Shown: piece after piece, positions 39,431-50,383 of the stretch
Numbering within the stretch: the stretch's first letter is position 1
Layout of the letters: every line of letters starts with the position of its first letter
NCBI GenBank assembly: GCA_937992195.1
Contig: CALKKV010000017.1
Location: forward strand, 20,086-84,085
Direction: 5' to 3'
DNA: 64,000 nt
Origin: an uncultured Gammaproteobacteria bacterium
GTDB lineage: Bacteria > Pseudomonadota > Gammaproteobacteria > Arenicellales > Poriferihabitantaceae
The notes under the pieces: model-generated
What the model was told of the DNA's origin: nothing
Database searches by the model: none
What the model saw: the letters and a program-made list of their open reading frames with translations, nothing else
Translations under genes and position numbers: made by a program

Positions 39431-40221
39431 CCCGGACTAAACACTTCATCAAGAGGGGTGCGTAATGCTTGCAGTGTCGCCCAATTACTTGGATCAAAAA
39501 CCACAACCGCAAAACCCAGGTTTTGCTGATTCCAGTCTTTACCCACTGGAACCTTATGCTGCTTCTCATAACTACCGGACTTTAAGGTATCTACCTTTTG
39601 CCAGTGCCTCACCACAAAATCATGGTGCAGCGTTCTGCCTCTATTTTCTCCGGCACCGATCTCCCGAACAATGTTACTTTCATAAACCACAAGAAAAAGT
39701 GGTGCGTCTTCAACGGAGTTTAGAATCGACATATCAGCAACCAGCTGGTTGTCTTCTGACCGGACACCATAAGTAATCGTGACCGGGGCGAGCTTTTCAT
39801 TCGCTGACACAATTGCGCTTACTACCGCGTTAGTGCCTCGCGATTCTTCACCGCTTACCAAAAACTCTGGTGTATAGATTGATCGCTGCCGATTTAGCAA
39901 CGCAAGCACGCGCTGCCGATCGGTATATGCGGCATCGGAGTATGGATCAGGCCAACCAAGACGGTTCCAGTAGTCGACGTGAAATGCCAAAGGTACGGCA
40001 TGAAAATCTTCACTTAGCGTTGTGCCAAGCTTTGCAATCCATTCGTCAGCAGGGGGACAACTGCTGCAACCTTCAGAAGTATATAGTTCTACCACCGGGG
40101 TAATGGTTGGCCCACTTGTCACCGTGACTTCTCCCGAAAATGCGGGGGAGGCGCTTAACAGGAGCGCCGTAGCGGATAATGCGGAGAATGACTTGTAACC
40201 GAACAGGCGTTTTTTACTCAT
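39427..40221 (-). CDS. Secreted thioredoxin-like DUF1223 protein
   Basis: Signal peptide, VELYTSEGCSSCPPAD, HVDYW, YTP, GEN. Confidence 0.9.
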   Translation of the reverse strand: MSKKRLFGYKSFSALSATALLLSASPAFSGEVTVTSGPTITPVVELYTSEGCSSCPPADEWIAKLGTTLSEDFHAVPLAFHVDYWNRLGWPDPYSDAAYTDRQRVLALLNRQRSIYTPEFLVSGEESRGTNAVVSAIVSANEKLAPVTITYGVRSEDNQLVADMSILNSVEDAPLFLVVYESNIVREIGAGENRGRTLHHDFVVRHWQKVDTLKSGSYEKQHKVPVGKDWNQQNLGFAVVVFDPSNWATLQALRTPLDEVFSPG

Positions 40222-40287
40222 ATCAACAAGGTTTTAGGTATTCCGAGAGTTTTCGACTGCCCCTAGACAATACAGTTCAAAATCGGC

Positions 40288-40743
40288 CTATTCGGCAAAT
40301 AGCGAGGCAAATTCTCCATATCCTTCCTGCTCCAACTCTTCTTTAGGAATAAAGCGCATTGCAGCAGAATTCATACAATACCGCAGCCCTGTAGGAGCTG
40401 GTCCATCTTTGAACACGTGACCCAAATGAGAATCGGCTATCGCACTGCGCACTTCTGTCCGAGGAAGAACCAGCTTAAAATCTGTTTTTGTCTTGATGTA
40501 CTGCGGGTCAACGGGCTGAGTAAAGCTCGGCCAGCCGGTACCTGAATCAAACTTATCCAATGAGCTAAAAAGAGGCTCACCGCTGACGATATCAACAAAT
40601 AGCCCGGGCCGCTTTTCATCATTATAGGCATTGTCAAAAGGGTGCTCAGTTGCATCTTTCTGGGTTACCCTATATTGGACATTATTGAGCATCTCTTGGA
40701 TCGCGGCATCGTCAGGGCGCGAGTAACGGGTTGAATCGTTCAT
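40288..40743 (-). CDS. msrB: Peptide-methionine (R)-S-oxide reductase, zinc-free type
   Basis: [23 protein letters not shown]; no CxxC pairs. Confidence 0.97.
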   Translation of the reverse strand: MNDSTRYSRPDDAAIQEMLNNVQYRVTQKDATEHPFDNAYNDEKRPGLFVDIVSGEPLFSSLDKFDSGTGWPSFTQPVDPQYIKTKTDFKLVLPRTEVRSAIADSHLGHVFKDGPAPTGLRYCMNSAAMRFIPKEELEQEGYGEFASLFAE

Positions 40744-40835
40744 GATTTATAGCCGAATTAAGTTAAGTTTGTCCATATCTGAGCGTCGGCTTGAGCCAGT
40801 ATCCCGAAGGATAACTTCCTACCAAAGATTCAGCT

Positions 40836-41546
40836 TCAGAATGTCGATAAATAGTCATGCAGCAAGCCTATATCATCTAAAACATGTTCAGTATGTGCAA
40901 GTAATTCAGAGCGGCCGTGGGCGCCGCTCGTAACGCCAACAGATAAGCCGGCACCGGCATTGAGCCCCATCATAATATCCCTGGGGCTATCTCCCACCAT
41001 CACAATCTTGTCATTCGAAATACCTGTTGCAGCGCTAAACGCATTTACCATGCCAGGATCCGGCTTCTCTCCGAAGCCACTGTCAGCGCCGCAGATAAAG
41101 TCGAACTGATCGGTTACTTCTAGCGCATCAGCCATGCTCCGCGCCCCCTTTTCAGAATCCATTGTTGCGATCCCAAGCACATAACCCGTCTGTTTCAGTT
41201 GAGCCATGCAAGGCAAAAGCGGCTCCACCGCCGGTACCAAGCCGTTCGCTCCGACAAGAAACGCCTCATTAATCTGCTCTACCGCTGCCGTATCCAGCGG
41301 TCGCTCCAGCAAACTGTTCCAGCTCGCCAAAATCTCCCTGCTACTGCCCGCTGCGAGCACGGACTCAGGCAACCACTTTCTCTCTTCAGGCAGATAGCCA
41401 CCGTGTTCCAGTATTTTGATCGGGGTCAGTTTACCACCACTGTAATCGGCAATAATTTCAGCAGCTGTTTCGTAAGCGGCCAACCAAGTTCCGTTAAAAT
41501 CGAGCAACGTGCCGTCTTTGTCGAATAAAATGCCGCTATAGTTCAC
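40836..41546 (-). CDS. HAD-superfamily hydrolase; start moved to GTG (MNYSGILFDKDGT)
   Basis: FDKDGTL, KPDP, VGDSPRD; the longer ORF-track N-terminus is a shadow of the upstream VOC gene. Confidence 0.88.
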   Translation of the reverse strand: MNYSGILFDKDGTLLDFNGTWLAAYETAAEIIADYSGGKLTPIKILEHGGYLPEERKWLPESVLAAGSSREILASWNSLLERPLDTAAVEQINEAFLVGANGLVPAVEPLLPCMAQLKQTGYVLGIATMDSEKGARSMADALEVTDQFDFICGADSGFGEKPDPGMVNAFSAATGISNDKIVMVGDSPRDIMMGLNAGAGLSVGVTSGAHGRSELLAHTEHVLDDIGLLHDYLSTF

Positions 41547-42021
41547 TTTTTTCAACCTCGACCAGGGCCCGCGATGGCACCCAACAATAGCCGTCCGGAT
41601 CGAGAATAAAGCACTCCCTAAGACCGTGGGGCTTATCCGTCGTATTCTGCAGAACCATATAACCATTTGCCTTGGCCTGTTCCTCAGCAATATCCGGATC
41701 AATGTCATAAAGGCGCAGCTCCGCACCGCCACCTCGCGCTCCGCTTTCAGGTAGCAAAGAGGGCAGGGGGTTTGAACTGTAGGTATGATCTGCGTGGAGC
41801 TGCACCAGAAAATGTGCTGGCGGCTCTCCAGCATTAGGCAGCTCGGGTAGCCGCATAATTGCATAGTCAGCCGACTGGCGAACTGCCTGAAAGCCAAAAA
41901 CCAATTCAAGAAAGACAATAGTTTGCGCGGTATCCTTGACCAGCAGATTAACACCAAAGCCTCGAAGAGAACGCCCAAAATCCTCGGCAGACACTTCTTG
42001 ATAGTTTATTTTTTCCGACAT
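41536..42021 (-). CDS. VOC/glyoxalase-family protein
   Basis: NLLV, QLHADHTY, ELRLY, KPHGLRE, DPDGYCW. Confidence 0.85.
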   Translation of the reverse strand: MSEKINYQEVSAEDFGRSLRGFGVNLLVKDTAQTIVFLELVFGFQAVRQSADYAIMRLPELPNAGEPPAHFLVQLHADHTYSSNPLPSLLPESGARGGGAELRLYDIDPDIAEEQAKANGYMVLQNTTDKPHGLRECFILDPDGYCWVPSRALVEVEKSEL

Positions 42022-42413
42022 AGTTTTAACTCGCGTTTCGCCGTTTAGCGGCCATTAATTACCATTTGTTCTAATTTCCGGAGAGGTACAACAAGCTCTT
42101 CATACTATTTAAGCTGTTTTCGCTACAAGTTCTTATTACTTATGCGTTAATTGTATTAGAATGCGCGTGTTTTAACGGGTTGCCAAATGTGGTTCGTTAC
42201 CAAGAATCATCGATCCAGCCCGCCCAAGATCAATCTTCAAAATTGACCTGACAATTCGAAGAGTTGTGCAGTGTAAAGTAAAGGTAAATCAGTGTGACTC
42301 TATTTTTGCCAACTGGCTCTAACATCAGCCACTACTTTCTACATACGATACTGCCGCCTTTCCCTAAACAACCAGATACTAAGCGAGAACAGTAGGAAGG
42401 AGTAGAGGCGACC

Positions 42414-44399
42414 GTGAACTATTTTGAAGAACAGCTTAATGCCGATCAAAGCCTGTCAGAGCTGGGACAGTTGATTGACAGCATCTATGGTTGGATGGAT
42501 AAAAATGGTTATCATAGCCAGCGGACAATAGAGCGCTTTGAACAAGTCAAAGCTAGTCTCACCGACCATCGCCGCAATGTCTTGTTTCTCGCTGAGTTTT
42601 CTCGCGGTAAAACAGAGCTCATCAATGCCACCATATTTGGTGATACCGGCCTGAGATATCTTCCATCATCCCCCGGCAGAACCACGCGTTGCACAACAAT
42701 ACTGCAGTATAACGATGGCGAGCTGCCATCGATTCGCCTGCTTCCTACAGTAGCGAGCAAGAATATCCAAAAGCGTCCTATCTCTATGCTGATTGAAGAC
42801 GATTCAGTTTGGGAACAAACTATGTTTTCGCTCCATGACAAAACTGGCGTAAGGGATGCGTTTAAACAGATCGCGGAATCTGAAAGCGTCTCGGTAGAAG
42901 AGGCGAAGTCTCTTGGGTTTTTAGAAGACGAAAGCGAAGATGGTTTAGATGATATTGGTATCGTCAATGGCATGGTACCCATTCCGAAGTGGCGCCACGC
43001 GTTGATTAACTATCCGCATTCGTTGTTAAAACAAGGTTTGCGAATCATCGATACACCAGGTTTAAATGCACTCGGCGTTGAACCAGAGCTGACTCTGCAG
43101 GCGCTGGATTCAGCCCACGCTATTGTATTTGTTCTATCGGCGGATACCGGTATCACACGTTCAGAATTAACGCTTTGGCGTAACCATGTCCGTGATGGCA
43201 AAACAGACCACGTTATTGTGGTGCTAAACAAAATCGATCTTCTTTGGGACGATCTTAAAACCCAGGCTGAAATTGAAAAAGATATCAAAAAACAGGTAAG
43301 GGAAGTTGCGCGGATACTCAAGCTTCCGGTTGAACAAATTTTTCCAGTCGCTGCCCAAAAGGCGATGGTTGGTCGCGCTAAATCTGACCATAAACTGGTA
43401 AAAGCCAGCTGTATTCAACGTTACGAACAAGCGCTTGCAGACACCATCAACTACACCAATCAACGACACATTGTTGAACACGCCATCAAAGAACTGTCAC
43501 CAACACTTAGTGCAATTCGAAACGTAGTCAAGCGGCGAATACGGGATACCGAATCGCATTTGGAAGAACTGTCTTCGCTACATGACAATCAGGTTGGCGT
43601 CGCCAAGAACAGCCTCGAAAAAGTGCAGCGCGATGTAAAACAACACAACCAGGCTCGAGAACAAATTGTCGACCTAAAAAAAGACTTGCGCGAAGGTTAT
43701 ACCCAGTTTGTGCGCAGACTGGACCTATTATTCCTTGACAGAATGATTGCCTCTTATCGTTATGAGATAAGCAACCAGCTAACAACCCCAGGCCTGCAGC
43801 GTGAAATGAATGATTTTCACGCGGTTGCGGTTGATCGCTTTCAAATGGCGATGTCGTACGTTATTAAACTCGAAAAGAAAATTATCAAAACTTTTCAGCG
43901 AGTGGAAAAAATACTTGGTGTCACTGGTTTGAATCCGCGCAAAATTGAACCTCAGCTATACATAGACTCGCTCAAGAAATTTCAATCCAGCCATCGACAG
44001 CATAGCCAGGGTTTCGGCATGGTGCTAACCGAGCAACATATTCTGCGTGATCGCTATCACGGAGAAGTGATGGTTAAAGTGCGCAAACTCTACAAGCATA
44101 CCCGTGACGATGTAGATCGCTGGTGCCGAACGGTATTGGTACCCCTCGAACTCGAGCTCAAAGAGCGCGCGACTGAAATCAAACAACGCCATCAACGACT
44201 TGAGCGTGTTTACAACAAAGACACCGAGGTAATGGATGAGATCAGCGACATGAAGAAGCGCGCAACGCACTTGCAGCAGCGTCTCACTACCATGGACCAT
44301 TTCGTCAATCGCCTAACCGAGTGCGGTGAACGCAGCAACAAGATGCCCGGCAATGTTGTTACTTTGCATACCGCTGCCGCTTCTAAATCTGCCGGATAA
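42414..44399 (+). CDS. Bacterial dynamin-like GTPase
   Basis: G1 AEFSRGKT, G2 PGRTT, G3 IDTPG, G4 NKID, then a long helical/coiled-coil region; GTG start after GGAAGGAG. Confidence 0.9.
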   Translation: MNYFEEQLNADQSLSELGQLIDSIYGWMDKNGYHSQRTIERFEQVKASLTDHRRNVLFLAEFSRGKTELINATIFGDTGLRYLPSSPGRTTRCTTILQYNDGELPSIRLLPTVASKNIQKRPISMLIEDDSVWEQTMFSLHDKTGVRDAFKQIAESESVSVEEAKSLGFLEDESEDGLDDIGIVNGMVPIPKWRHALINYPHSLLKQGLRIIDTPGLNALGVEPELTLQALDSAHAIVFVLSADTGITRSELTLWRNHVRDGKTDHVIVVLNKIDLLWDDLKTQAEIEKDIKKQVREVARILKLPVEQIFPVAAQKAMVGRAKSDHKLVKASCIQRYEQALADTINYTNQRHIVEHAIKELSPTLSAIRNVVKRRIRDTESHLEELSSLHDNQVGVAKNSLEKVQRDVKQHNQAREQIVDLKKDLREGYTQFVRRLDLLFLDRMIASYRYEISNQLTTPGLQREMNDFHAVAVDRFQMAMSYVIKLEKKIIKTFQRVEKILGVTGLNPRKIEPQLYIDSLKKFQSSHRQHSQGFGMVLTEQHILRDRYHGEVMVKVRKLYKHTRDDVDRWCRTVLVPLELELKERATEIKQRHQRLERVYNKDTEVMDEISDMKKRATHLQQRLTTMDHFVNRLTECGERSNKMPGNVVTLHTAAASKSAG

Positions 44400-44402
44400 A
44401 AT

Positions 44403-45695
44403 TTAAACCTGGTTTCGAAAGATATCGTCCTGCGCTTTGGCTTGCTTGATCGCGGTTAGCCGCGCGTGCCGAATTTGTTCTCCAATAGCTTTACCCTTTA
44501 GTCCTTGCTGCCCCGCCTCAGACACAATTTGTTTCGTATCAACGGCACAGGCCGCAGCAAATAGTGATTTAAACATCGCAGCTTGGTGATAGTCTGCTTC
44601 TTCCAGGCCCAGTCGCCCTCTTTTGTCAGCAAAGCACGCGGTAGTAAAGTCATCTACCCTGTCTGCCTGCCTAAAACCATCCAGCTTTTCTATCATTTTT
44701 AGAACCGTGCTTGCTCTCAACTCTGCAATACGATGTAGATGCAGGTGGAACTCGCAAACCAGAAGCGCGATCGCGCGATACTCCTTTGGCACACGAAAGC
44801 GTTCACATACCCCTTCCACCAATGGAATTCCTGATTTTTCATGCCCGGGGTGAGAGGGTAATTTATCTATCGGGGTAATGCCTTTGCCAAGGTCATGGGT
44901 TAGAACAGCAAATACAACCTCCGGTTTTGCTTTTAATCGCACGGCGGCTTTCAGCGCCATGATGATGTGCACCCCGGTATCAATTTCTGGGTGATACTCG
45001 GGACTTTGCGGCACGCCAAACAGCTTCTCTACTTCCGGTAGAAGCTCGGCAAGTGCTCCACTCTCTCTCAAAACTTCGATAAAGCGATAAAAACCAGGGA
45101 GCTTCAAAGACTTTTCTAGCTCTTGCCAAACGCGCTCAGCAACCAGCGCTTTCACTTCTCCAGCGGAAACCATTTCCTGCATTAATGTAATTGTGTCCGG
45201 TGCAACCGTAAACCCTTTATCTTCGAATCGCGCGGCAAAACGTGCGATGCGCAATATGCGAACCGGGTCTTCCGCAAAAGCTTCAGAAACGTGCCGCAAT
45301 AAACCTTTCTCTAAATCCAGTTGCCCTCCCCATGGGTCAATCAGATTCTCTTCACTATCTAGTGCCATAGCATTAATAGTCAGATCTCTTCTTGACAGGT
45401 CTTGTTCCAATGTAACGCTTGGATCGCTTACCAACTCAAATCCGTGATATCCGGGGCTTACCTTTCTCTCAGTTCTGGCAAGGGCATACTCTTCCGATGT
45501 ATCGGGGTGCAAGAAAACCGGAAAGTCTTTACCCACCTGCCGAAAACCACGCTGCAGCATTTCTTCTTGAGTAGTTCCGGTAATCACCCAGTCGCGATCA
45601 CCCTGCTGTAGACCTAACAGTTGATCGCGAACAGCGCCACCGACTAGATAAACTTCTAATCCTTTTGTATAGCGATCACTATCTTTTTGTGACAT
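44403..45695 (-). CDS. cca: Multifunctional CCA-adding enzyme with HD domain
   Basis: VGGAVRD, DRD, RRDLTINA, EDPVRILR, HPEIDTG, HDLGK. Confidence 0.98.
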   Translation of the reverse strand: MSQKDSDRYTKGLEVYLVGGAVRDQLLGLQQGDRDWVITGTTQEEMLQRGFRQVGKDFPVFLHPDTSEEYALARTERKVSPGYHGFELVSDPSVTLEQDLSRRDLTINAMALDSEENLIDPWGGQLDLEKGLLRHVSEAFAEDPVRILRIARFAARFEDKGFTVAPDTITLMQEMVSAGEVKALVAERVWQELEKSLKLPGFYRFIEVLRESGALAELLPEVEKLFGVPQSPEYHPEIDTGVHIIMALKAAVRLKAKPEVVFAVLTHDLGKGITPIDKLPSHPGHEKSGIPLVEGVCERFRVPKEYRAIALLVCEFHLHLHRIAELRASTVLKMIEKLDGFRQADRVDDFTTACFADKRGRLGLEEADYHQAAMFKSLFAAACAVDTKQIVSEAGQQGLKGKAIGEQIRHARLTAIKQAKAQDDIFRNQV

Positions 45696-45758
45696 TTGAT
45701 TTGTGTAAGTTAAGGTATGATGCGAGCAAAGTAATCACAAAAGTACCCAAAAGTTCTC

Positions 45759-46790
45759 TTGTCTAAATACCGTATTATATTCTCTCTGCTATGTATATTG
45801 GCTGTAAGCGGATGTAGTCAAACCGGATACTATTTTCAGGCCGCTAGCGGCCAACTTTCTCTACTGAGCAAACGTACTCCGGTGCCAAAACTGTTGGCAG
45901 ACCCTGCGACCCCGGACGAGCTTAAGCAAAAGCTCCAAAAAGCTAACCAGATGCGCTTGTTCGCTATTGAAGCTTTAAACCTCGGAGACAATCCTGGTTT
46001 CACTAGCTATGCTGACGTTGGTCGAGATTATGTCACCTGGAATGTAGTTGCCGCCCCGGCTTATTCATTGCAACCGGAGACCTGGTGTTTTCCCATTGCC
46101 GGCTGTGTTTCTTATAAAGGATATTTCGCTAAAGAAGACGCAGAGGAGTTTGAAAAAACCCTGCTTGCTGAAGGCAAGGATACGCTGCTTTACGGTGTTT
46201 CTGCCTACTCAACTTTGGGCTGGTTTGCTGACCCGCTATTGAATACCTTTATTCATTACTCTGACAATAATCTGGCAGCGTTGATCTTTCATGAATTCGC
46301 GCACCAGCTTTTATACGTTAAAGATGATTCTGATTTCAATGAAGCGTTTGCTACTGCGGTTGAAGAAATATTACTGGAGCGCTGGTTAAAACAACAGGGA
46401 GATGCCGAAGCATATGCGGCTTTATTAGAACAAAACGCCAGACAGAACCGGGTGACTGAACTTGTTTTACAATACCGGGAAAAGCTTCGCGTCGCGTATG
46501 CTGGAGAAAATGCGGTGACTGAAAAGCCGCGACTGTTCAAAGAAATGGCTGAAGAATATCAAGCGTTAAAATCAGACGGCCAGGGAACGCGTTTCTACGA
46601 TTGGTGGTTTTCACGGCCATTGGATAACGCCGATCTGTTAACGATATCTACCTATCACCAGCTTGTTCCTGATTTTCTCAGGCTCTTTGAGCAGCACGAT
46701 CGAGATTTAACTGCCTTTATCGCGGCAATGAAGTCGCTAGAAAAAAAGGCAAGAGACAAGCGTCGACAAGTATTGACGGAATCTAGCTAA
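45759..46790 (+). CDS. Putative zinc aminopeptidase lipoprotein, DUF2265-like
   Basis: Lipobox [31 protein letters not shown]. Confidence 0.85.
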   Translation: MSKYRIIFSLLCILAVSGCSQTGYYFQAASGQLSLLSKRTPVPKLLADPATPDELKQKLQKANQMRLFAIEALNLGDNPGFTSYADVGRDYVTWNVVAAPAYSLQPETWCFPIAGCVSYKGYFAKEDAEEFEKTLLAEGKDTLLYGVSAYSTLGWFADPLLNTFIHYSDNNLAALIFHEFAHQLLYVKDDSDFNEAFATAVEEILLERWLKQQGDAEAYAALLEQNARQNRVTELVLQYREKLRVAYAGENAVTEKPRLFKEMAEEYQALKSDGQGTRFYDWWFSRPLDNADLLTISTYHQLVPDFLRLFEQHDRDLTAFIAAMKSLEKKARDKRRQVLTESS

Positions 46791-47722
46791 TCGCGGTTTT
46801 TGGATTTATTCGGCTGCTTGCCAATATGCACCTCTCCCCTTCCATCCGCCAATTCTATTTGTTTTTGACGCTCGGCAAAACGCTCTTTGTCTTCCGCGGA
46901 AACCTTGTCATAACAGTGCGGACAGCTCACACCCTTTACATAGTGCTGGCTAATCATGTCCTGCTCCGAAATAGGTAATCGACAAGCGTGACACTGATCG
47001 TAACTGCCAGGGGACAGGTTGTGGTCCACGGTAACGCGATCGTCAAATACAAAGCATTCGCCCTGCCAACGGTTTTCTTCGGCGCGGACTTTCTCCAGGT
47101 ATTTCAAAATGCCACCTTTGAGATGAAAGACTTTTTCAAAGCCCATCTCTTTGAGCAGGGCAGTGGATTTTTCACACCGTATACCGCCAGTACAGAACAT
47201 CGCCACTTTTTTGTCTCGCGCGGGATCCAAATGGTTTTTTGCGAATTCTGGAAACTCTCTGAATGATTCAGTTTTTGGGTTAATCGCGTTTTTGAAGGAC
47301 CCTACCTGACACTCATAGTCATTGCGCGTATCTACGAGTACAACATCAGGATCATCAATCAGCGCATTCCAATTCTCAGGGTCGACATAGGTTCCAACAA
47401 CTTGATTGGGGTCGATTCCTTCCACTCCCATTGTCACGATTTCTTTCTTGAGCTTTACTTTGCTGCGTTTAAACGGCGCTTTGTCACTATACGATTCTTT
47501 GCTTTCGATTTCATTCAGTCCGGTTTGCGATGACAACCATTGAACCACCGAATCAATGGCCTCTCTACTTCCCGCTATGGTGCCATTGATTCCTTCACTG
47601 GCGAGCAATAGCGTGCCTCGCACCTCCAGTTCTTGCATCATCGCTAACAACGGCGCCTGCAGCGACTTAAACTGTGGCAGTCGCGTAAATTTATAGAGGG
47701 CGCAAACGACAAACTTGGACAT
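46787..47722 (-). CDS. trhO: tRNA U34 hydroxylase TrhO (rhodanese domain)
   Basis: [38 protein letters not shown]. Confidence 0.93.
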   Translation of the reverse strand: MSKFVVCALYKFTRLPQFKSLQAPLLAMMQELEVRGTLLLASEGINGTIAGSREAIDSVVQWLSSQTGLNEIESKESYSDKAPFKRSKVKLKKEIVTMGVEGIDPNQVVGTYVDPENWNALIDDPDVVLVDTRNDYECQVGSFKNAINPKTESFREFPEFAKNHLDPARDKKVAMFCTGGIRCEKSTALLKEMGFEKVFHLKGGILKYLEKVRAEENRWQGECFVFDDRVTVDHNLSPGSYDQCHACRLPISEQDMISQHYVKGVSCPHCYDKVSAEDKERFAERQKQIELADGRGEVHIGKQPNKSKNRD

Positions 47723-47815
47723 GAAAACGAGAAGACAGGATCGAAGTCTTGATTATATGGCAGCAGCACATCTAGCCAAACTTTTTGTGATTTTAAGCTG
47801 TTGTTTTAGCCTGGA

Positions 47816-48709
47816 TTAGGTACCGCGCCGCGTTATTGCGATACCGCACTTGATTGCTCCAAGGGCCGCCATTGTGGCAAAGCCAACTGCCTCGGATAAA
47901 AATAGCCAGCTCCATATTACGCCAAACAGCGGCACCAGATATCCGATTTGAGACATAAATACCGCGCCATTATTGGCGATGATTTGCAGGCGGATCACAT
48001 AGGCAATCGCCGTGCCAAGCACCCCCAAGGCAACCAACGCCAGTATGGCTATCAGCTCGGGATCCGATTTGACTGGGCTCTCAAAAAAGAAGGCGAGTAA
48101 AAGCATGTAAACACTGGTGCATGCAAGAATGCTTGCAGAGGCGGGCAACGCAGGGATATGAGAGATACGCCTGCTTAAAACGGAAGAGCTTGCATAACTC
48201 AATGCCGCGAGAATCATCGCAGCCTGTCCTTTTAAACTGCCTGATTCGGAAACCAGCAAATCATGCGCAACAAGAAGAAAGACACCGCAAAAGCCTATCG
48301 CCACACCCACTACGCGACTGGTGTTGAAACGCTCATCTTTGGAAGCAAAATGAGAGAGTATTAGTGCAAAAAACGTTCCCGACGCCATTAATATTGCGGC
48401 CTCAGCACTCGAGATATATTGCATACCCCAGCTAATCAGAAAAAAAGGCAGGCCGCTATTTAAAGAACCAATCAAAATCATTTTGCGCCAATCAGCCAGA
48501 GAATATTTGAGTCCATAACCGGCTGCAAAACAAATCAAAAGCAAGACAGCCGCGGCCAAAGAAATTCGCCCCGCGGCTACAGTAATTGGGCCAAAGCTTT
48601 TTAACGCCAGCGCAATAAATATAAACGACGCCCCCCAAATGGCGCCGACAAAAATAAGTTTGGCAATGTCGAGCCGTGTCGCCCGACGAATGGTGGTGGA
48701 GTGAGTCAT
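47816..48709 (-). CDS. EamA/DMT-family transporter
   Basis: IWGASF, duplicated five-TM halves. Confidence 0.9.
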   Translation of the reverse strand: MTHSTTIRRATRLDIAKLIFVGAIWGASFIFIALALKSFGPITVAAGRISLAAAVLLLICFAAGYGLKYSLADWRKMILIGSLNSGLPFFLISWGMQYISSAEAAILMASGTFFALILSHFASKDERFNTSRVVGVAIGFCGVFLLVAHDLLVSESGSLKGQAAMILAALSYASSSVLSRRISHIPALPASASILACTSVYMLLLAFFFESPVKSDPELIAILALVALGVLGTAIAYVIRLQIIANNGAVFMSQIGYLVPLFGVIWSWLFLSEAVGFATMAALGAIKCGIAITRRGT

Positions 48710-48920
48710 AAAGCTTGGTCGTGAGGTGCGCTGTTTAAAGTTTTTTGCTCTTAGTTGATATCGTTTAAACCGCGTCTCTTTATTCTGCTTCTCAAGCGAC
48801 CTGGAACAACTGTTTATATCTGGAGATTCACTGTCTGTTCAAACGAGACTATCGGTATACTATAGATCCCAGGTTTAAGAAACCGTCAGTCTCAATCATT
48901 TAATTCGGCAAGCATGCTTT

Positions 48921-49685
48921 TTGTCTATGTTTAATCAACAGCAAATCCAACAATTCAATCATCAGGGCTTCATTGTTGAGCGCGGCCTGGCAGATGAAAA
49001 AACTTGTAAAACAATGGTTAATCAGATCAAAAGTTCTTTGCAGCCTCCCCTTGCGCCGTTGGAATTTGAAACGGATGTTCATTACCCGGGATCACCTGCA
49101 GATCGCCTGTCGGAAGGTGGCGATACACCCAGGCGATTGCTGCATGCTTATACCCGTGACGCGGTGTTTCGGGACTGGTCGAAATCTCCACCTATCGTCG
49201 ATCGCGTAAAGCAACTAATTAACGCAGAAAGCATTGAAGTTTCGCAAAATCACCATAACTGCATCATGACTAAACACCCTGGCTTTAGCAGCGCCACGCT
49301 CTGGCATCAGGATTTTCGTTATTGGCTATTTGACCAACCCGAGCTAATTAGCGTTTGGCTGGCGCTTGGAAAAGAGTTTGATCAAAACGGCGGTATGCAC
49401 TTAATCCCAGGCAGCCATCAGCAAGAGCTTGACCGTGGCTATTACGATGCTGCATATTTCCTTCGTACTGATCTGGAAGAAAATCAGGCCCTTATTGATA
49501 GCGCCATAAGCGCAGATTTAGAGGCGGGAGATGTATTGTTCTTTCATTGTAAAACGCTGCATGCGGCAGGACGCAACCAGACAGATCAGGTGAAATATTC
49601 GCTGGTATTTACCTACCATGACGCCAACAACCAGCCAATTGCTGGAAGCCGCTCCGCTGCTTTCCCGGATATCCCCTGTGACTAA
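48921..49685 (+). CDS. Phytanoyl-CoA dioxygenase (PhyH)-family Fe/2OG enzyme
   Basis: WHQD, IPGSH, GDVLFFH, LHAA; alternative ATG at 48927. Confidence 0.9.
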   Translation: MSMFNQQQIQQFNHQGFIVERGLADEKTCKTMVNQIKSSLQPPLAPLEFETDVHYPGSPADRLSEGGDTPRRLLHAYTRDAVFRDWSKSPPIVDRVKQLINAESIEVSQNHHNCIMTKHPGFSSATLWHQDFRYWLFDQPELISVWLALGKEFDQNGGMHLIPGSHQQELDRGYYDAAYFLRTDLEENQALIDSAISADLEAGDVLFFHCKTLHAAGRNQTDQVKYSLVFTYHDANNQPIAGSRSAAFPDIPCD

Positions 49686-49699
49686 TCGGAGCCAGTAAG

Positions 49700-50347
49700 A
49701 TGCCTGCGCCAAAAAAGAAAGCTCGCTGGTATTTTGATTTCATTTCGCCATTTGCTTACCTGCAGTTTAAGCAACTAGAGTCAATTCTCATAGAACGCGA
49801 CGACCTTGAGCTGGAGTTTGTACCCATCCTTTTTGCCGGATTGCTCAAGCACCATAACAACAAAGGCCCCGCCGAAATCTCTAGCAAACGACTAACGACC
49901 TATCGCTACTGCCACTGGTATGCGAAGAAGCATCATATTCCTTTCCACATGCCCGCGGCGCATCCATTTAATCCTTTGCCCTTACTGCGACTGGCGATCG
50001 CGACAGATTGTGATCGAGGCACCATCGCGAAGTTATTCCACCATGTCTGGGTGGACAGTAGAGAAAATACCAACTTCTTTTCTATAGATGCCTTATGTCG
50101 ATTACCGAAACTGGATCAGGCAGCCGAACAGGTCGCAGAGCCAAAAGTTAAAGCAAAGTTAAGAAGTAATACCGAAAGCGCGATAAGAGACGGTATTTTC
50201 GGTGTACCCACTATTGCAATCGATGACCAGCTCTTCTGGGGAGTGGATATGACCGAAATGGCTTTCGAGTATCTGGATAACCCCGATTGCTTGCAGTCAT
50301 CCGAATATCTACGAATAGAGCGTTTGCCTATCGCACAAGGACGTTAA
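49700..50347 (+). CDS. 2-hydroxychromene-2-carboxylate isomerase / kappa-GST family protein
   Basis: FDFISPFAYL, HPFNP, GIFGVPT, FWGVD. Confidence 0.9.
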   Translation: MPAPKKKARWYFDFISPFAYLQFKQLESILIERDDLELEFVPILFAGLLKHHNNKGPAEISSKRLTTYRYCHWYAKKHHIPFHMPAAHPFNPLPLLRLAIATDCDRGTIAKLFHHVWVDSRENTNFFSIDALCRLPKLDQAAEQVAEPKVKAKLRSNTESAIRDGIFGVPTIAIDDQLFWGVDMTEMAFEYLDNPDCLQSSEYLRIERLPIAQGR

Positions 50348-50383
50348 GAATCTTTGAACTCCCTTTATTGAATTTTGATCGCT

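Noticed and set aside
41547-41978. Long N-terminal extensions in the ORF track (HAD here; also cyoE, moeA, asparaginase, TehB-like, DksA-like)
   Set aside because: Most overlap upstream genes and none carry family motifs; downstream starts fit better.
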